5,333 bases of DNA from Promethearchaeota archaeon (lineage in GTDB: Archaea; Asgardarchaeota; Thorarchaeia; Thorarchaeales; Thorarchaeaceae). The first letter of the stretch is position 1; every line of letters begins with the position of its first letter. The translations under genes were made by a program, and so were the position numbers. The notes under the pieces are model-generated. The model was not told where the DNA came from. It searched no databases and saw nothing but the letters and a program-made list of their open reading frames with translations. The stretch lies in assembly GCA_027031765.1 (NCBI GenBank), contig JALVPN010000204.1, positions 1-5,333 of the forward strand, written 5' to 3'. Positions 1 through 4,996 of the stretch are shown piece by piece.

Positions 1-840
1 GCTGACGGTGGTTTCAGGGTCGAAACAGAAGGTGCCACGGGCTCCGTCGTGGAGACCGCCGTAGTGCTCGATTTCCTGTCCGAAACGGGGCTCCCCCTTG
101 ACCGGAACGTTGTGGTGCACGCCCTTGAGTTCCTCCGCAACTACCAACGTGAAGACGGGGGCTTTGCGGAGAGCGCAGACATCCGTCACCCTGATGACTG
201 GCAGGACGAGTACGTTTTTGAGAAGAGGGTGTCAACACCGCACATCACGGCGTGGGTACTGCGGGTGCTACTGCGTACACACTGCCCGAACGGGCCACTG
301 TGTCCTGACAGGCGGGCCGGACTGCTCTCGGCAATCAGGTCGCGGATCAGAGACAGGACAGCAGCGTACAGGGTGAGCACTGACAGGGCACTTGCATACA
401 TGGTGTCAACGCAGAAGGCGGACGGTGGATGGAGCCGCTTCCGTAGCGAGCGGCGGAGCAGTCCACACCTGACAGCCCTCATCGTGGTCGCACTGGGTGC
501 GTATGACGAGTTCCTCGGGTCGGTCGACGCTGACCGGTTGTACCGGTACTTCAGGGGACACCAGAAGCACAACGGCAGCATTGGTGACTGTCTCGATGCC
601 ACCGTGCTGGTAGCAGAGGCATACTGTACCCTTGGCCGGGATGACGTAGAGCGTGGCCCATGCACCGAGAGGCTCTGGGAATGGCTGTCCAGTCAACAGG
701 AAGACGACGGCTCCTTCATTGACCGTGACTGCGGGTGGCCGGCCAATATGAGGACACGTGTCCAGTGCTCGATGGATGTCATGCGTGTGCTCCACAAGAG
801 CGGACGCTACGGGGACAATGGTGATGAGAGTAGGCACTGA
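1..840 (+). CDS. Prenyltransferase/squalene-cyclase (QW) repeat alpha-barrel protein, paralog A; 5'-truncated
   Basis: Frame +1 is open from base 1 (ADGGFRVETEGATGSVVETAVVLDFL...), so the GTG at 49 is internal. It has five QW-type motifs: ADGGF, ALEFLRNYQREDGGF, ALAYMVSTQKADGGW, YFRGHQKHNGSI and LWEWLSSQQEDDGSF. Most are followed by a T/S-led hydrophobic helix, as in PF00432/PF13243/PF13249-type repeats. Stop is TGA at 838-840. Colinearity with paralog B suggests about 40-45 N-terminal residues lie upstream of the window (inference). Confidence 0.85.
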   Translation, partial: ADGGFRVETEGATGSVVETAVVLDFLSETGLPLDRNVVVHALEFLRNYQREDGGFAESADIRHPDDWQDEYVFEKRVSTPHITAWVLRVLLRTHCPNGPLCPDRRAGLLSAIRSRIRDRTAAYRVSTDRALAYMVSTQKADGGWSRFRSERRSSPHLTALIVVALGAYDEFLGSVDADRLYRYFRGHQKHNGSIGDCLDATVLVAEAYCTLGRDDVERGPCTERLWEWLSSQQEDDGSFIDRDCGWPANMRTRVQCSMDVMRVLHKSGRYGDNGDESRH

Positions 841-841
841 C

Positions 842-1714
842 ATGGTACGGGTCTTCTGGGAGAGCGCAACTCATTGGAGGAGGCTGTCCCTGCTGCGGCA
901 ACTGGGGGCACTTGACACGCCCCTCGCACGCGGACAACTGGATGTCCTTGCCCGTCACAGGAGAGAAGACGGCGGCTTCGCAAGGGCGACGGACGAGCCA
1001 TCATCAGTACTACCCACATGCGAGGCAGTACTGGACCTCCTCGGCACGGGGGACCCGGCACACACACAGGTTGTTGGAGCAGCTGTGGAGTTCCTGTGGG
1101 GGCTGCAGAACGACAATGGTGGCTGGCACGAGTCCCCGGCACTCCCGGACGACAGGGTGCCGTTCTGGTCAAGCAAGGAGAGGGGTGTACCAATACTAAC
1201 AGCCAAGTGCATAGAGGCACTCGTAGAGGCCGGACACGGCGATGACACACGCGTCAGGAAGGCCGTCACGTGGCTGGAGAGCATGCAGGCCCCGACAGGG
1301 ATGTGGTGGAGCATCGAGGGGACCACACCTGACGATACAGAACCGGACTCCACACAGGCAGCACTCTCGGCCCTGCTCAGAGCAGGCATTTCCAAGGACT
1401 CACCGGTGGTCCAGAGGGCCTGCAAAGCACTCGAAGAGTTTGCCTTGGACGCAGCTGCAGCATGGGAGAAGACACACCCGCCAGTGTGGCCTTGGGCGGC
1501 GGCCCTCGACGGTCTTGTTGCTGCCGACAGGGGCATGGAAGACAGGGCAGTACGCCACGCCGTCGAGAACATCCTGCGTCTGAGGCAGGAAGAGGGTGGC
1601 TGGCCAGACAAGTATGAGTTCCGTGTGGTGCCCACCTTCGTTGCCCTCGGACTCCTCACCCGGGACGCAGTACTGACCGCTCTGAGCGCTGTGACGGGGA
1701 GCCACATGGCCTGA
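842..1714 (+). CDS. Prenyltransferase/squalene-cyclase (QW) repeat alpha-barrel protein, paralog B (~290 aa)
   Basis: QW-type motifs: LARHRREDGGF, AVEFLWGLQNDNGGW, AVTWLESMQAPTGMW and ENILRLRQEEGGW. ATG 842 lies 1 nt after the upstream stop (TGA-C-ATG). In-frame ATGs at 818 and 824 are alternatives, and the track's GTG 758 would overlap the coding helix of paralog A. There is no obvious signal peptide or transmembrane segment. Confidence 0.85.
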   Translation: MVRVFWESATHWRRLSLLRQLGALDTPLARGQLDVLARHRREDGGFARATDEPSSVLPTCEAVLDLLGTGDPAHTQVVGAAVEFLWGLQNDNGGWHESPALPDDRVPFWSSKERGVPILTAKCIEALVEAGHGDDTRVRKAVTWLESMQAPTGMWWSIEGTTPDDTEPDSTQAALSALLRAGISKDSPVVQRACKALEEFALDAAAAWEKTHPPVWPWAAALDGLVAADRGMEDRAVRHAVENILRLRQEEGGWPDKYEFRVVPTFVALGLLTRDAVLTALSAVTGSHMA

Positions 1715-1720
1715 TGCGAG

Positions 1721-1795
1721 GGCCAGACAGGGACAGGAACCTCCTTGTTATGTGCCACCGCCTGTATGAATGACAGGCCAGACAGGGACAGGAAC
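1721..1795. repeat. Two identical 20-bp direct repeats GGCCAGACAGGGACAGGAAC (1721-1740 and 1776-1795), 35 bp apart
   Basis: Read directly from the sequence. They lie in the 109-bp gap between convergent stop codons (1714 and 1824). There is no third copy at the +/-55 bp positions. Confidence 0.95.
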
Positions 1796-1823
1796 AGTGC
1801 GTGTGTCGCGACAGCGGCACGGC

Positions 1824-3143
1824 TCAGATCACTACGCTCTCCACTTCAACATCACGGTGCTTGATGCTGAGGGCATCCGCCTTGATCTTGCGGCCACCAT
1901 AGAGCTCCGCGTACTCCTCACCCCTGAAGAGGGCATCCGCAATCCGCCCCAGGGCATCTGACTTCATAATGCCACTGCCACTGGCCCCATTGACCACCAG
2001 GACGCCGTGGTCGAAGTACACGAAGGGGATAGCGTCTGGTGAGTAGCAGTAGCCCCCAGCCCAGCTGTTGACGGGTCGGACATCCTCGAATGCGGGGAAG
2101 TACTTTGAGAGCACCGGGTACACGCTGTTCTCATAGTATGCGCTCTCGGGTACGAGGTCGTCATCGGTCTGGACGTACTTGAAAGCACGGCCGAGCTTGT
2201 CGCCGCAGCCAATCCAGAAGCCCTTCTCCTGTAGCTGGGGCCGGAAGTAGACACCGGCAGACGGCAGGATGGTGAACGGTATGCAGCCGAGGCTGTTGAA
2301 GCCATCCGTAAAGAGGAGCTCGTTGAGTGCTGGCTTGTCAGAGGCGTGGACGACGAAGAGCTGGCGTTTCTTGCCTTTCGTCTGGCTGTCAATCCCAATC
2401 GGGTCCAGTAGCGCGTTTGACCATGCACCAGTGGCGAGCACAACTGCATCACGTGCACGGAGCTCGCCCCTGTCGGTCTGCACTCCGGTGACGCGTTTCT
2501 CCTGCCACACGAAAGGCTCCCCCGGCAGGTCTAGCTTGGGGTCGGCCTCAAGTATCAGGCGCTCGACCTCGACACCAAAGCGTGGCCTGACACTGGAGAG
2601 GCTCTTGAACTCCTCGTAGTAGTACTCGACTAGGCGCGTCGGGTCCAGGACACCGCAGTCACCCCCATATAGGCCGTAACTCGCCTGTTCGAGGTGCATC
2701 AGCTCGGCCTCCTCATCACCCACAAAGTCCATGTTCAGGCCGGGCACCATCTGTGTGAGCTCTTCCTTCTCGTACACCCTGTAGTTGATGCCGGAGGCGT
2801 CCATGCGGTGCATCCATAGCTGGGCGCTGCCATTGGAGAACTGCCTCTCACTGAGAAGCCACAGATAGCCGGTCTTCTCGAACAGGAGCTCTCGACCAAG
2901 TCCCTCCTGTACGTGCTCGACGTACTTGATTGTGGTATCAGTGAGCAGCTGGTTCGTCGAAGACGCGAACATGTTGCGGACAGCTGCGGCACTCATTGCG
3001 GTATTGGCCTGTCCGGGGGCAAGGTAACGGTCCAGGAGGAGTACGTCCTTGTCCGGGCTGTTCTTCTGGATGTAGTATGCAGTTGCGACGCCGAGCACTC
3101 CCGCACCAACAACGATGACATCAAAGGTCTCAGCCTCGGTCAT
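1824..3143 (-). CDS. FAD-dependent oxidoreductase, DAO/sarcosine oxidase beta family; resembles archaeal homodimeric dye-linked L-proline dehydrogenase
   Basis: 439 aa with an N-terminal Rossmann motif DVIVVGAGVLG, plus VVLATGAWS, WAGGY and GASGSGIMKSDALGRIA. The segments GEPFVWQE, KKRQLF, ELYGG and the C-terminal ExVVI match my recollection of the Aeropyrum pernix L-proline dehydrogenase type. The substrate is not established. Confidence 0.88.
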   Translation of the reverse strand: MTEAETFDVIVVGAGVLGVATAYYIQKNSPDKDVLLLDRYLAPGQANTAMSAAAVRNMFASSTNQLLTDTTIKYVEHVQEGLGRELLFEKTGYLWLLSERQFSNGSAQLWMHRMDASGINYRVYEKEELTQMVPGLNMDFVGDEEAELMHLEQASYGLYGGDCGVLDPTRLVEYYYEEFKSLSSVRPRFGVEVERLILEADPKLDLPGEPFVWQEKRVTGVQTDRGELRARDAVVLATGAWSNALLDPIGIDSQTKGKKRQLFVVHASDKPALNELLFTDGFNSLGCIPFTILPSAGVYFRPQLQEKGFWIGCGDKLGRAFKYVQTDDDLVPESAYYENSVYPVLSKYFPAFEDVRPVNSWAGGYCYSPDAIPFVYFDHGVLVVNGASGSGIMKSDALGRIADALFRGEEYAELYGGRKIKADALSIKHRDVEVESVVI

Positions 3144-3152
3144 GTGTTCGGG

Positions 3153-3159
3153 CCTCCTC
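3153..3159 (-). promoter_or_regulatory. Shine-Dalgarno GAGGAGG for the FAD oxidoreductase
   Basis: The + strand CCTCCTC at 3153-3159 reads GAGGAGG on -, 9 nt upstream of ATG 3143. Confidence 0.75.
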
Positions 3160-3185
3160 GTCTGGTGCCGGCGTGTGGCAACCCA

Positions 3186-3202
3186 CCCTAAAACCCTTTC
3201 CG
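3186..3202 (-). promoter_or_regulatory. Archaeal-type BRE + TATA promoter of the FAD oxidoreductase
   Basis: The - strand reads CGGAAAGGG-TTTTAG-GG, a purine-rich BRE followed by a T-rich TATA box, about 45 nt upstream of the ATG. This fits a short leader that contains the SD. It is the only AT-rich patch in this GC-rich gap. Confidence 0.65.
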
Positions 3203-3287
3203 ACTGGGCCAGACATGTGTCCTCACTGCCAGTTCCACTCGTACTGCCACCGGGCCGGGCTGTCCCGACATGGAGCGGGAGGTACTA

Positions 3288-4118
3288 TCATGTGGGTGGG
3301 GGTACCGTCAGCTGCATCCGTTCATTGAACATCTCCGACAGAAAGAGCCGTGACACTATGAAGCCCGTTATCGTCACGGCGAGAAAAATCATGATGAACA
3401 CGATGACCTGGAACAGGGCGGCCCGGACAGGATTTGCACCACCGATTATCATTCCACTCATCAGTCCTGGGATGCTGACTATACCAAGCGATGCATAGCG
3501 GTTCAGGTTCGGCAAGAGACCCGCCTTGATAGACTCTATAATCGTCAGACGGGTCGCCTGCGCAGGCGAGGCACCGAGGGCAAGAGCGGTCTCGAGGAGC
3601 GGGCGCTGCTTCTGTGCGTTCGACCACATCCGGTCAATCACGAGGCTCGACAGGGTCATGCAGTTCCCAATCACCATCCCGCCCATTGGTATGATGTACT
3701 CACCGATGGGGACCACGACGCCGAGCACTACAGCAACGGCCATGACGCACTGAGAAGCAATGAGTATTGCCGGCAACGACACCCTGAACACCCCCGGGAT
3801 GTGGTCGAGGTTCTCACTCGTTGTATGTGCTGCGAACAGCGCCATGAATGCCAACACGATAAAGATCACCACGAGGTCACGGAGAGCAAAGATTGTGACG
3901 AGTATCACGGCCATCAGCAGTATCTGCGCAGTCCCACGAACGGTGCCGACGATGAGCCTCTTGCCCACACCGAGGCCCTGCCATCTCGAGATGGCAATGA
4001 GTACTGCGAGTAGCACGAGGGCCGCAAGGTACCGTGGGACTGCATCGAGGATTTCCGGGTCGAGCGACCCGAACCACTGGACAATCTGGTCAATGATGCC
4101 TACAATGTCGGACTGCAC
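3288..4118 (-). CDS. fetB: ABC transporter permease, UPF0014 family (FetB/YbbM, plant STAR2/ALS3-like)
   Basis: 276 aa, multi-TM, with family motifs IPMGGMVIGN, ALALGAS and GIVSIPGLMSGMIIGGANPVRAALFQ. The GTG start overlaps the upstream TAG by 1 nt (TAGTG) and is preceded by GGGGGTGT. Confidence 0.9.
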   Translation of the reverse strand: MQSDIVGIIDQIVQWFGSLDPEILDAVPRYLAALVLLAVLIAISRWQGLGVGKRLIVGTVRGTAQILLMAVILVTIFALRDLVVIFIVLAFMALFAAHTTSENLDHIPGVFRVSLPAILIASQCVMAVAVVLGVVVPIGEYIIPMGGMVIGNCMTLSSLVIDRMWSNAQKQRPLLETALALGASPAQATRLTIIESIKAGLLPNLNRYASLGIVSIPGLMSGMIIGGANPVRAALFQVIVFIMIFLAVTITGFIVSRLFLSEMFNERMQLTVPPPT

Positions 4119-4813
4119 TACTGTGACACCCCCATACTGCTGCTGTCCTCACTGTCCTTCCGGTTGTTGTTGTTGAGCTCGACCACCCTTGAGGTGAACC
4201 GCCGGGCCTGTTCGCGGTTGTGCGTCACAATGAGCACGCCAATATGACGCTCCTCCAGTACTGCACGGATCGTGTCCTCAACGACAAGTGTGGCCTCGTG
4301 GTCAAGTGCGGAGGTCGGCTCGTCCAAGAGCAGCGCATCGGGCTTAAGTAGTAGGCCCCTCGCAATTGCCACGCGCTGCATCTCGCCGCCCGACAGGTTC
4401 CCTGCCACCTTGTCGAGGAACTCACGGCCCAAGAACACATTGTCCAGTGCACCTACGAGCTCGTCCTCAGTGGCCGAGAGGCCATGCACACGGAGCCCCC
4501 ACAGGAGGTTGTCCCGTACCGTGCCCGAGAACATGCTCGCCCGCTGAGGGACGAGAATCATCCGGCGTCGCAGCTCACGGGGGTCGTACTCCGTCACAGG
4601 GACGCCGTGACAGAGGACTGTGCCCGTCGTGGGCGACACGAGGTCGACGGCAATCCTTAGCACCGTACTCTTCCCCGAGCCGGAAGGGCCGGTCAGTCCG
4701 AGGATCTCGTCGCGGTCAAGGCGCAGGTTGAAGCCCTCGAACAGTGGCCTCTCGTCAAAGCACATCGACACGTCACGCATCTCTAGGACTGGCGGTGTTC
4801 CCATGGTGGTCAT
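4118..4813 (-). CDS. fetA: ABC transporter ATP-binding protein, FetA/YbbL (STAR1)-like partner of the UPF0014 permease
   Basis: Walker A GPSGSGKS, Q-loop VPQ, signature LSGGEMQR, Walker B LLLDEPT and H-loop VTH. It is a single short NBD of about 230 aa, coupled to fetB. The start could be ATG 4813 or ATG 4804. The symbol is assigned from context. Confidence 0.88.
   Translation of the reverse strand: MTTMGTPPVLEMRDVSMCFDERPLFEGFNLRLDRDEILGLTGPSGSGKSTVLRIAVDLVSPTTGTVLCHGVPVTEYDPRELRRRMILVPQRASMFSGTVRDNLLWGLRVHGLSATEDELVGALDNVFLGREFLDKVAGNLSGGEMQRVAIARGLLLKPDALLLDEPTSALDHEATLVVEDTIRAVLEERHIGVLIVTHNREQARRFTSRVVELNNNNRKDSEDSSSMGVSQ
4163..4175 (+). repeat. (GTT)4G microsatellite encoding NNNN in the FetA C-terminal tail
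   Basis: GTTGTTGTTGTTG read directly. It is adjacent to CTGTCCT x2 (4143-4149 and 4152-4158). The tail reads NNNNRKDSEDSSS. Confidence 0.8.
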
Positions 4814-4970
4814 GGGGCCGGCGTGTACGCTTGCACTGTAAGAATGTATGTGTTGGTGTCATCTGACATGCCCCGACAGCTACACGAATGACCTGACAGG
4901 GGCCCGAGACGAGAAGACAGCAATACCTGATGGTGTGTTGTGGGTACTGCCAGACCACCGGGGCGGCTCA

Positions 4971-4988
4971 CAGAAAGCGTCTTAAGAA
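4971..4988 (+). promoter_or_regulatory. Putative BRE + TATA promoter for the ECF S-component gene
   Basis: CAGAAAGCGT-CTTAAGAA: a purine-rich BRE-like stretch followed by CTTAAG. It would place the transcription start near 5005-5012. Confidence 0.5.
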
Positions 4989-4996
4989 CGCACCCT

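Noticed and set aside
752-842. Frameshifted single gene fusing paralogs A and B into a two-barrel cyclase
   Set aside because: Frames +1 and +2 are both open over 752-837, but there is no clear slippery site (only GGGG at 811-814). A ends in a natural hydrophilic tail, B starts 1 nt after the stop, and the two are colinear full paralogs rather than an SHC-like beta/gamma arrangement.
1-1714. QW barrels as transcobalamin-like B12-binding proteins serving the ECF transporter
   Set aside because: Such barrels do occur near cobalamin ECF systems, but paralog B has no signal peptide or DUF4430-like beta domain, and the S-component gene is over 3 kb away in a separate transcription unit.
186-1758. 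Long antisense ORFs (186-665, 406-843, 807-1250, 955-1758, 1400-1705)
   Set aside because: They are shadows of the GC-rich QW-repeat genes, with no recognisable motifs and low-complexity Ser/Ala/Thr/Pro composition.
1721-1795. CRISPR mini-array
   Set aside because: There are only two copies, the 20-bp repeat is shorter than typical CRISPR repeats, there is no cas gene or AT-rich leader, and the would-be spacer partly aligns with the sequence upstream of copy 1, as expected for a tandem duplication.
1869-1958. GAGGGCATCCGC repeated at 1869 and 1929 (60 bp apart), plus AGGGCATC at 1951
   Set aside because: Explained by repeated (A/S)DAL codons in the oxidoreductase C-terminus. Not an independent element.
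1964-4731. Plus-strand ORFs overlapping the oxidoreductase and fetAB (e.g. 1964-2458, 2269-2619, 3115-3498, 3760-4176, 4366-4731)
   Set aside because: They are antisense to well-supported genes and have no domain signatures.
4853-4936. TPP-riboswitch-like fragments upstream of the ECF gene (GGTGTC..CTGACA..GCCCC; ACCTGA-CAGG...AATACCTG)
   Set aside because: Diagnostic nucleotides fail: UGACA instead of UGAGA, ACCUGA lacking the following U, AU instead of CG after the P5-like stem, and an overlong linker. The predicted promoter also lies downstream of it. An Infernal search with RF00059 would settle the question.
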